Part shown: piece after piece, positions 25,316-37,142 of the stretch
Numbering within the stretch: the stretch's first letter is position 1
How the letters are laid out: every line of letters begins with the position of its first letter
Assembly (NCBI GenBank): GCA_017654855.1
Contig: CM030335.1
Location: forward strand, 1,364,001 to 1,428,000
Reading direction: 5' to 3'
Origin: Podospora anserina
Lineage: Eukaryota
DNA: 64,000 nt
Notes under the pieces: model-generated
What the model was told of the DNA's origin: nothing
Databases searched by the model: none
The model's input: only the letters and a program-made list of their open reading frames with translations
Made by a program: the position numbers and the translations under genes

Positions 25316-25998
25316 GTCTTGCAAAGAGGTTGGCGAGTTGGATGTTGGTTCGGGAATGCAGCGAGGGCCATTTAGGCAGGGAGGATGGTCTCTTTAACAC
25401 TGGATTACCATGTTTTTTAATTGGGTTTCCTCATCTTGGGCCAAGGAGTTGTGTTTCTCATTAGGCTTTGCTCAAACTGTACTTCTATGCGGGAAATGGA
25501 AGGGTTTCTAGGCTTTCTGCTCGGCACATTTCGGCGGTATGTTCATTTGTAATATGGCTTTCAGCAAAGTAAACAACACACAAATACGTAAGGCAGTTGT
25601 TGGTAGTGTATCTAAAGATCATACCATTCTTTTCTACTGAGTACCTGGCGCTCCAAACAAAAGTGGTACATTCTGTGGAACATGAAGTTCAGCCCTGTGG
25701 AGCAGTGAACACCAGGTGTGGAGCATCGGCTGAACAGGAAGAGTTCTAGCCCTACCCCAGATTCTTGGCCCCAACTTCACTCAAACAAAGACGTTGGCAG
25801 CAAGTGGGAGAAAAGACGACTTCTGATGTTTTAATTGAACAACTTGTTCTTCACCCTACTCAACACCCCTCCAGACTTGTCCTCCCGCGGGTGGTACGGA
25901 CCAACCTCGAACCCCCACTCATTCACCTTTTCACATGTGCACAGCTTCCTGTTGACCTTGAAACTATCTTCATCGTCTGGTCCATAGCGGGTATCAAC

Positions 25999-27700
25999 AT
26001 GGAAACATTCGCAAAGCCCGATAGTTCAGGCCATGCGTGTGATTCGTGCCGCAGTCATAGCATTTCACCCTGGTAGAGCGTAGCCACTCGGGGGACAGCT
26101 CCTGGCCACCAATGATGCGAAAGACCTTGGCTTTTGGCCTGATCTGTGCTGTCGACAAGCTCTGTATTCTTGGTCTCTTTGTAAGGCGTCTGTGTAGATT
26201 TCCTGCATTCTTTGCAAGGGTCGCCCTCTCTACGTTTGGGATTGTTGAGATTGGTCCTGCCGTAGATCTCGTTGTGGTGGTACTTTGCTGGATCCTTAGG
26301 GTCGTTGTGTCTCCGGTAGATACGGCTGGAGATGTAGGTTCCCAAGACTCTGTCCATGGCTGATGTTGTGATGATGCTTGCTTATGGCTGAATACGTGGG
26401 TGACTAGGTATGGGTAATGAATGTCCACGCCGTTGAGAAAATAAATGCGGGTTCCAAACAAGAGAAGCAGAGATTTACGTTTCGTACAAGATTGAAAGCC
26501 ATCGCTCATACTTCGTGTTTGATTCAAACAAGGCACCTGTTCGCTAATCTTTGTTCCTGCTATCGCCTTCTGGACATGGCCACCAGTCCCCGATGCCCAA
26601 CTGGAGGCTCAACAAGACAAAGCCGCTGAGTCATGCTTCAAATCATGGGCATGATGTACCATATCTATTGACTCAGGCATTCCTGTAAAGGTATCTCATA
26701 TACTCAATAGCCCTGCAAACAGCATTTAGCAACTAATTCCCAAGTTGATTTGTAAAGAGCAACTTATTTATTTCTCCACCGCAGGCGTCCCTCAAATAGG
26801 CTGACCTGTGGAGCAGGAACTGTCTTATCATTAGAGGTGTTAGCCAAATTAAGCCCATCCCGGACATAAAGCACCTGGCTTACACGTAATATTGTCGCAC
26901 CCGGAGTTCCTAACTTCTTCTGGGCCTGGAATAATGATAGAGCGAACGAGAAATATACTCAGCAATATAGTCTCTATTGATTGTGCTATTCCAGCCCACC
27001 ACGGAGCCCACTCGTCTGAAATGAGCAGTCAGCATGGACATTTCGCAACAGAAGAGGGTACGGGACATACACTCGGCCGGTGCCCATAAAGGAGTGGCAT
27101 TCAATAGGATTACTCTTCCATTTGAACCTCGAGACATCGTAACATTGCCATCCCATGTATTGCCCTGAACGAGAACTGGCGTGACTTGCGTCATTGGCCC
27201 CAGAAGCCGGCCAACAACTCCGTTGAGCATTGCCTGACAGAGGGTATTGAACCTAGGGTTGGTACGCCATGGACTCTCTTCTCTTGCTCAATGGTTTGCC
27301 TCAGGCTCTCCTTGAAGCAGACGGCCCAACTGTCATGCATTGTGCCCCATTGCTCTAATGTGCCATCATATCGGATGTTCTGAGATCCAAACTTGCCGGT
27401 TATGGCTGGAGGCTGTCTACCTCTCGTTCTCCGATGAAGTGAGAGGATAACCGGAATAAGCCGGGCTTTGCTGGGTATTTTTGTCGGTGATCGGCGTCCA
27501 CTCGCTGACTGCACTCCATCTTCTTCCACCACCCCACCTATATCGAAAGTGGTCAAGCGGTCTTGGTATATGCTACGGTATCAAGTTGAACAACTATCTT
27601 GCAGCATGGTACATGGCCCGGATCACATCTCCGGCGTTTTTCTCGTCACAGAACGTCAGATGACATTTTCTACGTCGCAGATCGAGGCCCCTGTATCGTA
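25999..27700 (+). pseudogene. Possible degraded Zn2Cys6 transcription factor relic
   Basis: METFAKPDSSGHACDSCR (start of a Zn cluster, not completed); fragments GIFVGDRR and GVFLVTERQ resemble fungal TF middle-domain motifs; no intact ORF. Confidence 0.25.
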
Positions 27701-28257
27701 GCACACCGTCAACCTGAGCGAGATGCTTTGAGGTAGAAATTGCCATTAGTACCGGGGAAGAGCCGGGACAAGTCTTGATATTTGGTGAGCGTGATAGCTA
27801 CGATATACGAAAAAGGGCACAGGCTTACGGCTCCTGAGCGGGGGGTCAAGTGGTTCTCAACCCATCTTGTTCTAGGTTGATCAAGGCAAGCTGTTGACTC
27901 TGCTGATGGTGGTGGCATTGTTGAAGGGGAAAATGATAAAATGAAAATGATTGAGGATTTGGTACCAAGCAATGCAAAAATGTTGAGGTTATCGGGAAGG
28001 AAGGCATACTGTGTTTTGGGCAACCGAGGAGGCCTCATGGCACGGAAATAACTAATCGCACCTTCCCAGCACACAACTGCTCAAACTGGAAGAGCGACCC
28101 ATACTGTTGGATAAACACAACCGCAGCCGGGTAAATTTCACATTTTCATCATGATTGGGCACCACCACCACCATCATACATATGTATCAAAACACCACTC
28201 TTACCTTACTCACAGCCAACAACCATTTTTCACCACCTCCAAACCCCTTCAACAAAA

Positions 28258-30920
28258 ATGCCTCCCCAACCACACACCACCCACCCCCTCACCACCAACT
28301 GGCAATTCCACCGCCTGGGCAACCCCCCCACAAAATGGCATCCCGTCCCCCACCTCCCCTCAGACATCCACACCGAACTCATCAACTCCTCCCTCCTCTC
28401 TCACCCCTTCCTCGACCTAAACGAACTCGCCACCTCCTGGGTAGCCGACCAGACATGGATCTACCGCCTCACTTTTCCCACCCCCGCCCACAACCCTGAT
28501 GCCGTCATCGACCTTGTCTTTGAAGGCCTGGTCACTTTCGCGACAATCACCCTGAATGGCCGGGTAATCAAACAGACAGACAACATGTTTGTTTGTTGGA
28601 GGGTGAATATTAACGATTTTGTCGCGGGGGAAGAAGAGAACATCTTGGAGATTACCTTTGATAATGCCCGGGAGAGGGGTTTGCGGTTGGTGAAGGACCA
28701 TCCGGAGCATGAGTTTATTGTGCACCAGACCGAAGTGAGCAGGGGCCCGGTGAGGAAGGCTCAGTACCACTGGGGATGGGATTGGGGGCCGACACTCATG
28801 ACGTATGGGCTTTGGAGGCCGGTCAGGATAGAGGTGTATGAGAGTAGGATTGGGGAGGTGGCGGTCAAATATAATGTTGATTTGAGCGAGGGGGGAGAAG
28901 AACCGGAGGTGGAGATTGGGTTGTGGGTTGAGATTGTTGGGCGGGCAGGGTGGGCAGAGGTGGAAGTTGGCTTTGAGGGGAGAACAATGGTTGCTTTCAC
29001 AGGAGAACAGGGGAAGTTGATCAAGAATGGGGAGCATCCTGAGACGTGGGAATATTCAGCATCGATGGTCAGGTTGGAAGGTGCAAAGCTGTGGTGGCCG
29101 AGAGGGTACGGCGGTCAGAATTTGTACGACGTGCGAGTGAGGATTTTCGATGCCGAAGGCGGGACGGTTCTGGCAGAGCATAATCAAAGAGTTGGGTTCC
29201 GCAAGGCAGAGTTGGTCCAGGAGCGGGATGGGTATGGACAATCGTTTTACTTTCGGGTCAATGACATCGATGTGTTCGCTCTGGCTCGAACTGGATCTCT
29301 GCCGACTCCTTCCTGTCACAAGTTACCCCCGATCGGTACAGGAATTGGCTACAGAATGCGGTTGCGGACGGTAATCAAAACATGATCCGGGTTTGGGGAG
29401 GAGGTGTGTACGAACACGATGCATTTTATGACGCCTGTGACGAGTTGGGAATCCTGATTTGGCAGGATTTCATGTTTGCGTGCGCCTCCTACCCGACGTA
29501 CCTCGAATTCTTGAAGTCAATCGAGATGGAAACAAGACAAAATGTTACACGTCTCCGAAGCCACCCTTCGATTGTGCTGTGGTGCGGCAGCAACGAAGAC
29601 TATCAAATTCAAGAGCGATACCAGCTCGACAACAATCGTTCAGACAACGACCCAGAATCCTGGTTGAAGAGCTCATTCCCGGCAAGATACATTTACGAAG
29701 AGCTCTTACCCCGGATCGTCAGGGAGGAGTCACCCTGTCCAAACACTCTTCTGTACCACCCATGCAGTCCCTTTGGAACTGGTGCTTCAACCACTTTGGA
29801 AGTAGATCCTACCGTGGGAGACATACACCAGTGGAACTTTTGGCACGGCGAGGCAAAACCATTTCAGTGCCTACCCGAAATGGGCGGGAGGTTTGTCAGT
29901 GAGTTTGGGATGGAGGCCTATCCTCACTTTGAGACGGTGCAGAGATTCGTTACCGATCCCAAGGAACTCTATCCAGGGAGCAAGACGCTAGACTTTCACA
30001 ACAAGGCCATCGGTTACGAAAGGAGACTTATGGCGTATCTTGGCGAGAACTATCGGCTCGTTTATGATATCAAGGGGTTTATCCACCTCACGCAAATCTT
30101 GCAAGCCGACTCCATGGCTACGGCGTACAAGTCCTGGAGAAGAGCTTGGCAGACACAAGGAGGCAAGGGGAGAAATTGCGGAGGGGTTCTTGTTTGGCAG
30201 TTGAATGATTGCTGGCCAACAATTTCATGGGCCGTGGTGGATTACTATGGTATCAAAAAGCCAGCTTGGTACGCCATGAAGCGCGCGTTGGCTCCTATTG
30301 CAGTGGGAGTGAGCAGGGCATTTTGGGATTGGACAATGAGACCAGCGGATAATTTGTGGAAGAGACACACTGGTCATGTTGATCCGACCTTGTCGACCAA
30401 AAAAGTGGTGTATGATGTGTGGGTGTCGTCTGATGGAACTACTCACCCGAACAAGGAAAATATAGAGGCAACAGTGAGGACCAGGTTCATATCAGTTGCT
30501 ACTGGAAAGGATATCTTATTTGATATCCCTGAATCAAAAACAGTATCGATTAAGCCAAACGGGGTTACTGACATTTCGCTGAGTTCGGAACTCAACTGGG
30601 GAGGGAAGCAGGAGGAACCAATCGTGATCTACGTTTCACTCTGGATCAACAACGAGAAAGTAAGCAGCGATTGTTCCTGGCCAGACCCTATCAAGTACTT
30701 GGACTTGAGTGAGAGGGGGCTTCGCCTGGAGTACCCGGCAGAAAACGAAGTGACGATCCGGACAACGAAGCCAGTGAAGGGATTTGTGTTCTCGGAAAAA
30801 GAGGGAGTTAAGCTGAGGGATAATGGCTTTGATGTCGTCCCAGGGGAAATTGTGACGGTGCAAGTGGAGGGGATAAAGGTTCGAGAGCTGGAATGGACGT
30901 TTGTTGGACAAGGGCAGTGA
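28258..30920 (+). pseudogene. GH2 beta-mannosidase with a 1-nt frameshift at about 29281 (pseudogene or sequence error)
   Basis: RKAQYHWGWDWGP in frame 1; GSNWISADSF, NMIRVWGGG, WCGSNEDY, RFVSEFG, WQLNDCWP in the shifted frame; no intron at the junction. Confidence 0.8.
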
Positions 30921-32638
30921 GTTGATTCTCTTCAATGTCCACCTTGGCTGGCAATTCTGTAGCCCCCGCAAATCATCGGCCTCGCCCGCGACTGATTATG
31001 GGGAGAATATGATGTATCAGCTTCGAAATGTTTCACAAGAGACGCCGTATTCCCCGGTTGACGGCATCCTCTGGCATGAGGCGGGTGTTAACATCGAAAG
31101 AGCTGGGGAAGAACTATATTGGCACATTGAGTTATCTGCTTGTGACACGCTTTTCTTCACCGGTTGCTATACACACTCTCGAAAGCGGCCTTCGTATCCG
31201 CTTGAGTAAATTGACCTGTTGGTGAACCTCGGCAACCTTAAGACCCCAAAAGCGAGGAACACGAGATGCCCAAGAATTCGGCGGAAATGGCGGCCAACAG
31301 TTCTAATAAAAAGACTTACCGGTGCATGCTCAGGATATGTTGTGCAAGGCAGAGAGATGTGGCCAGTCATGAGTGTGGATGCGGTACCCTGGCTCAGGTA
31401 TTGGCTCGCGGCTGGTGCCCTCTCGCTGTTGCTACCTCTGAGTGCAACAACAGTGTCCCCCATGGGGTTGAAGATGGTGGCAAACACATGTCGAGCATCG
31501 GAGATGCCAAGAACTGCCCGGTTTCGGTTACAGTGTGGCGTCCGGCAAGGAGTTTGGAGCATCCGTTGTGACACCACCCATCTCGAGTCTAGCGGGTCAG
31601 GAGTCAGAAGAGGAAGAGGGAGAAGGGCAAACATTGACGCCACTTGCGGTCTACCCGGTTGCCCCTCAACGCCCGCTTCTGACAGGAAGCGAGACCGAGG
31701 CGTGAATGGAGCGTTAACTATCAGATGACCCCATTCCCCCCACGGCGGCATCAGCGGTACGATACACCTGCCAGAAGAGGGGATAGAACCAGCCCTCTTT
31801 TCTCTGCCCGACCCGGAAGGCAAGAGAGATGCCGAAGTGCACGGCCCGTGGCTCGGCTGCCGGTTGGTGCCCGCCCCAGACGCACGAAGCCAAGCAACGG
31901 GACACCGAGCCGTGTTACACAGAACAGGCAGGCAGACGACCACCCACACCAGGCCATCAAATATGCCACACCATCTTGGATGATCGTATGGCTGCGGATT
32001 GGTTCCCGCAAGCGTCCCTCAGGGCCGAGTTTATCTATTCTCGACGCCCTTTCGAACTTGCATTGCATATGCTTCCCCGCTTTCACCTTCTATCTAAGGC
32101 CGTACCGGGGATCTGTTGTCATGCAGTGTTTCGTCTTGACGACGGCAGATGTTTGGTGATATGTGATATCGGAATGATAAGGCTCCGTTCATGACCAGGT
32201 GACGAACACAAGCTATCGAATCAGCTATTCCTTCTTCCTTGCCAATGCCCGAATATGTGGGAGTGCATGCATGATCTCGTTAAAGGACCAGATTCTGATG
32301 CTGATTGCTTCCTAGCCCGGCTTTGGGGTTGTAACCGGCGAGGAGCAGCCACTGAGCTGGCCGCGTTGAGGATTGATGGGGTCGTGCCGTGATATTGATG
32401 TGATATGTGAGCAGCACAAGTCATTGGCTCCTGAGTTGCGACTGTGTAGGAAAAGAGCTGCAGACAACCCTTAGTTGTCTTGGACAAAGTCGTAACATGG
32501 ACGCCACTTGATTGGAACTGAGGTTGGCTAGAAGGTCTTGCATATCATGATCGGTGCGGTTGAGGATGAGTCGGGAAGTTGGTTCGGGAGTCTGGAGAAG
32601 AGGGGGCCGACAGCCTCAAGTTGGGGGACGGGCTTGTG

Positions 32639-32644
32639 TATAAA
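32639..32644 (+). promoter_or_regulatory. TATA box of the metallothionein gene
   Basis: TATAAA about 150 bp upstream of the ATG, followed by a pyrimidine-rich tract and a CA-rich leader. Confidence 0.5.
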
Positions 32645-32791
32645 GTTCTGGACTTCCTCCAGCTTCCCTCCATCCTATCCTTTCCAACTCAGACCTCTTT
32701 CGGTATACACACCAGCTCATTATCATTTACCAAAACCACAAAGATACACACGAGACCATCAGTCGACAACCGTCAACCACACTCCTACAAC

Positions 32792-32924
32792 ATGCCTTCC
32801 CAGTGCAATTGTACCTCGTGCTCCTGCACCTCCTGTGACAGCTGCAGCTGCTGCGTGAGCCAAGCCAGTGTCTTTCACAAAGTTAAGATGGAAGCTGACA
32901 TAATGCTTGCTCCAGTCCCACTAA
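32792..32924 (+). CDS. Small metallothionein, 23 aa MPSQCNCTSCSCTSCDSCSCCSH; intron 32855-32915
   Basis: CAACATG start context, 8 Cys in CxC/CxxC/CC spacing, GTGAGC donor, GCTGAC branch site, TCCAG acceptor, then TCC CAC TAA. Confidence 0.82.
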
Positions 32925-33221
32925 GCTCCACAAGCCCTCAGCAGTGCTTGATGAGGAAGATGGAACTGTTGATCACCCGGCCAATTGCTAGAACGAGGTT
33001 TCGATAAAGAAGTAGTAATATCAACCAGGGATCGAAGGAGGGAAAAGGCCGAGAATGAAGAGTACTTGATCTTGTATTATTTCCTCCAACTCCTGCAATG
33101 TGGTCTCATTGCTGTGAACCAAGCTCTATGTATTTGGGTATCATCCGTTCGTCATTCCTGTATACCGATTGCCCCCATCGAAATGCTATTAAATCCTGTA
33201 TGTCTTCTGGTCAATATACCA

Positions 33222-35549
33222 TTATTTATGAACCTTTGTTGGCGCCCAGTCTGCTAGCCAACCCCGTGCCTTGCTTAGATTCCCACCCTCTGCCTCCATG
33301 GCAGCTGTGCACCATTCGAGATCCCATACGCCCTCAGCAGCAAGCATCTCGGCCGTTTTCTTCCGACGTTGCGATGCCTCATCTACACAAAAGTGCATGC
33401 GTTGACTGTGGTCAGTGATCGCCTCGAGAAGCGGTTTCACCAACGGTAGCGCAGTCGAAACACTGGTGCCCAGTGCTTCCAGCCCACGGTTTGCCCGGCC
33501 TGTTTTGCACCACTCGTTCTGGCACCATTTCTTTCCGCAACCTACCGTGAGCTGGGCGAGGTAGCGTCTCTCAATCCGGCGGCGTAACGCTTTTCCTTCT
33601 GGGTCGTGCATGTTGACATAGAGTGGCGCAAAGCACAGACTGCAAAGCCCCAGACTGTTTCCAGGCCCTTGACCCATCTGAGTCCCACCATTGACTTGGC
33701 CTCGAGGTCCAATGCCGTGGAGTGTGCGACCACAAAGCTCACCCCTGCACAACTCTGGCTTTGGCTTCCGGGCCTTGTCAAGTTCGTGATGAGCCACATG
33801 GGCAGCCATGTCTCGGAGACGGACGATGGAGCCACAAAGATGGCAGTCGGTTGTGCGCCCGCCATCAGCTCTCTCGTGAGCTGTCAAACCCGACAGTACT
33901 GTCTCCGCTTCTGAAGACGGATCGAGCGGATCGCCCTCTTGAGGAACCTCGAGGTGGCAAAACTGACAGAGTATAAGTTTGTGGGGGCAGTTAGTGGTGG
34001 CATGGCGGGCCAGCTCTGGTAACGAGGGGAAGGTGAAGGGAGACGATGGGCCGCAGGCAGTGCATGTATGCGCAGTGTGCTGGACGTAGTCATGTTTCGA
34101 CCTGCTCAACATGCTTGAGCCATAGGCCTCTGGATGCACGGGGCAATGCCAGTGAGCTTCCCATTCGGCCGACTTCTTCTGGAACACGCTCTTGCACTGA
34201 GGGCAGACAATGTTGTTTCTCAAGCAGAAGTTCTCATGGAGCACAATTGTTTGCTTGGGTACCATCTGATGGCAGTTTCTGCACTGTTCTTCCGTTGTGG
34301 ACTTGGGTGCTGAGCTGCTCAGGTCGATGGGAGCTGTCACAGAGCCTTGTGCGTCAACAGCTTTTGCGCGTAGAGTGTATTTTGCTGGGACTGATCCCAC
34401 CGCATCCTTGTCTGGAAGGCAGAACCCGTGAACGGAAACAAGTAAAGCTTCTGCCCCCTCAAGCTCGGGATTGGTAGGCTGAATGACGATGCGCTTCAGG
34501 CCATCTTTCGGCGAAGAGAAGTCGCCAAAGACGTGCTCTGTGTCCCTGGGTAATGCTCGTTGACGGTTAGACTTGGGGCTAACAAAAAGATCGACCTCGT
34601 GGTCGCCATGTATTGTCAACTCGATGGCGACTGGGCGAGATTTGTCCCAGGATGGTAAGTCGTAATCGGCATAGTCTCCGTCTAGAACCTGACCATCAAC
34701 CTGTTTCCAAATGTCTATCGTGTGACCAATTGAAGTACCAGGATCCGTTCCTGGCGCACGTTGTGACTGGGCAGCGATTTGACGCAAGGTTTCGCGAGCC
34801 TGTTCTTCGTTTAGGGGTTCAATGTCAACTTCCAAATCGGTGTCCACAACACAGATTCCACTTCCTTCCGGCAAGAACTTGTCGACCAGGAACCGAAACT
34901 CCTCTCCCTTCACTCCATGAACCGACAGAATTGAGTCCTTCGTGAGTGTGGTAAAGTTTGCGCGGAGCTGTCTTTCAAGGAGGGATTTCCAGTCATCAGG
35001 ATTGTAACCAGCCTCAAGCGGTCGTAGCCTAACGTATGTGCCTTTCGGGAGCTGCCTAGCTTTGACAGTTATTCTCAGCTCTTCTGTCTTGGTGGGTTCA
35101 TCGTCCGTAAGGTCCACCACTTCATCTTCGAACGTTGGCTCTTGCTGTATGTCTTCGTGCTGTATTCCAAGTGCGTCGATCAGGTAGGGGCTGAGGGCGA
35201 CCTCGTCTTCGTTTGCCGAAAACTCTCGGATACCAGCGTAAACAGAATTTCCATTCTTCTGGTTCACCAGTTGAAACATCAACGGGTGAGGTAATTGCTG
35301 GCTAGTCTCGCGATACTGCGCACGTTCTCGTCTGGCATCGGATACGGCATAGGGGCTGAAAGGATCGAAGGCAGTAAAAGTGTGCGACGTCGACGATGTG
35401 AAGGTCGAAGGGGCTCTTGCCAGAAGCTGTTCAAGAGCCGACTGCGGAAGCAGGATCTTATCGCCCTGCAAACCCTTGGAGGCGGATGGGGATGGATGAG
35501 CGATGCGTAGAGATGCCGACCAATTCAGCTGCTCTGGCTTGGATGTCAT
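33222..35549 (-). CDS. UFD1-domain protein with multiple zinc fingers and a C-terminal UBA-like region (not the canonical short Ufd1)
   Basis: GDKILLPQSAL, AGIREFSA, LPKGTYVRLRP, NFTTLT, DTDLEVDIEP; several CxxC..H..C motifs; intronless 775 aa. Confidence 0.85.
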   Translation of the reverse strand: MTSKPEQLNWSASLRIAHPSPSASKGLQGDKILLPQSALEQLLARAPSTFTSSTSHTFTAFDPFSPYAVSDARRERAQYRETSQQLPHPLMFQLVNQKNGNSVYAGIREFSANEDEVALSPYLIDALGIQHEDIQQEPTFEDEVVDLTDDEPTKTEELRITVKARQLPKGTYVRLRPLEAGYNPDDWKSLLERQLRANFTTLTKDSILSVHGVKGEEFRFLVDKFLPEGSGICVVDTDLEVDIEPLNEEQARETLRQIAAQSQRAPGTDPGTSIGHTIDIWKQVDGQVLDGDYADYDLPSWDKSRPVAIELTIHGDHEVDLFVSPKSNRQRALPRDTEHVFGDFSSPKDGLKRIVIQPTNPELEGAEALLVSVHGFCLPDKDAVGSVPAKYTLRAKAVDAQGSVTAPIDLSSSAPKSTTEEQCRNCHQMVPKQTIVLHENFCLRNNIVCPQCKSVFQKKSAEWEAHWHCPVHPEAYGSSMLSRSKHDYVQHTAHTCTACGPSSPFTFPSLPELARHATTNCPHKLILCQFCHLEVPQEGDPLDPSSEAETVLSGLTAHERADGGRTTDCHLCGSIVRLRDMAAHVAHHELDKARKPKPELCRGELCGRTLHGIGPRGQVNGGTQMGQGPGNSLGLCSLCFAPLYVNMHDPEGKALRRRIERRYLAQLTVGCGKKWCQNEWCKTGRANRGLEALGTSVSTALPLVKPLLEAITDHSQRMHFCVDEASQRRKKTAEMLAAEGVWDLEWCTAAMEAEGGNLSKARGWLADWAPTKVHK

Positions 35550-37142
35550 GTTGGGAGCGCGATGGACCGGAAAGCGCCAAAGAAATCGAGAATGGCGGTT
35601 GGGTTTGATATTGTGTACGGTATATCGTGAAACAAAAAAGGGAAACGAACGTGTTTCAATGGCGGAAAAGCTGTTGACGTTGATGGTATCACCTCACAAA
35701 AAAGCCTTCGACAATCAGTCAGCGGTTTCTTGCAGATTCCATCACCGGGCATCGTCATCAGCTAGCTGATAGCTGATGCCTGCCGGCAATGCCCCCCCAC
35801 TAAAACGGCCCGGGCCCCCAGCGAGACCCAGCGCGTGGGGTACCATGTTTATGCCTGAGGTTTCCATAACATGAAGCTACGGCGGAACTTACGGGTGGTA
35901 TTCCGACCTTATCACCACATTTGGACAGCGTGGAAGAAGTCCTGAAGCCCCTGGTGCCAACTCAGCTCTCTCTCGGGAGCCGTCAGCTCCGTGAACAACT
36001 TTCCTAAACGCGCTGTCTGCGGTTCGAGTTGCCTTTGGCCCCTGTTCAGCCAACCCCACCTCGAAGAAGGATTGTGGGGAAACACCCGTGGTCGAGAACA
36101 GCACCAGGCCTCTTTTGGAGATGCCGAATGGCCCAATGAATGGCAGATCCACCGGATTTGCTGCATGGAGCACTTGGCCAGATCTCCGTGAGATGACAAG
36201 CTGGAACTTGGAGCTGCGATAAGATAAGGAATAGAGAGGACAGCTCAACACCTCAACAGGTATACACGTGTCCCACAGCTGGATGGTGTTTCGTTGCTGC
36301 CCTGCTCAGTTGACCTCTTGTTTCCCCTCCACAAACCAACGATTCGTGCCGCTTGCCACAGCGAGGCCACAGCGAGCTAAGGCAGTGCGACCCGACGTCG
36401 TTCTCCAGACGGGCGAGACTGGGCGTGGGACGAGGAGGGGAAATCACTCTGTTTGGGCAAAGAATGTGGTCAGCGTGAGGGGGGACACCCCGCTGTGTGT
36501 TGGGGGGATTTTGTTCAAGGTCCCCAGAACCCCCGTGAACCCCAACGCTAAAGCCGGCTAATCACTCGCATCCATGCGACCCTCTGCGACTTTCTGCAAC
36601 AACCTCTTCGGCCCGTTCAAACAGTGTCTCGGCCAGCTCCACGTCTGGTAAGAGGTAAGAGGATAGGGGTTTGATCTTGGGATGGCCATTCTGCCAGTTG
36701 GCAGATGATGGATGCCCTTTAACGTGTCTTGAGAACCTGGAGGGCCAACCAAGATCTTGGGCGCAATCTGGCGCAGATCGTTTGATGTTGAACAATTACA
36801 TTCCACGATTAAGGTTAATATCGACATGGGTGTTTGACGCTCGAACCGCCCAGCCCTCCTGCCATGGACCCTTGCACCTTTGCTTGAGCACCCTTGCACC
36901 TTGGCTTCGATGATCGACCGACCTCCTCTCGACTTCCTGATTTGCGACCGCCTTGACAGCTTCGCTTGTGCGATCCGGACTTCCGGACTTAATCGTCCCA
37001 TCCTGTCAAGTCGTCAGCTATATAATTATCTACAGGCTGACCCCGCGCTTTGCTTACTTGATTCCTTCCCCCTAGCTCCATCCTCGTAAACCTTCCTATC
37101 CTTCTTACCAAACCAACTCGACGACAAGCTTTCAAGCCTACG

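Noticed and set aside
31167..31949. 260-aa minus-strand ORF and overlapping ORFs
   Set aside because: No domain-like features or codon bias; likely chance ORFs in GC-rich intergenic DNA
32280..32640. GCTG-core copper-response elements upstream of the metallothionein
   Set aside because: Several GCTG cores occur but those checked do not fit the full Ace1-type consensus
32579..33007. 142-aa ORF containing the Cys cluster
   Set aside because: Non-ATG start and reads through a clear intron; the 23-aa spliced peptide is the better model
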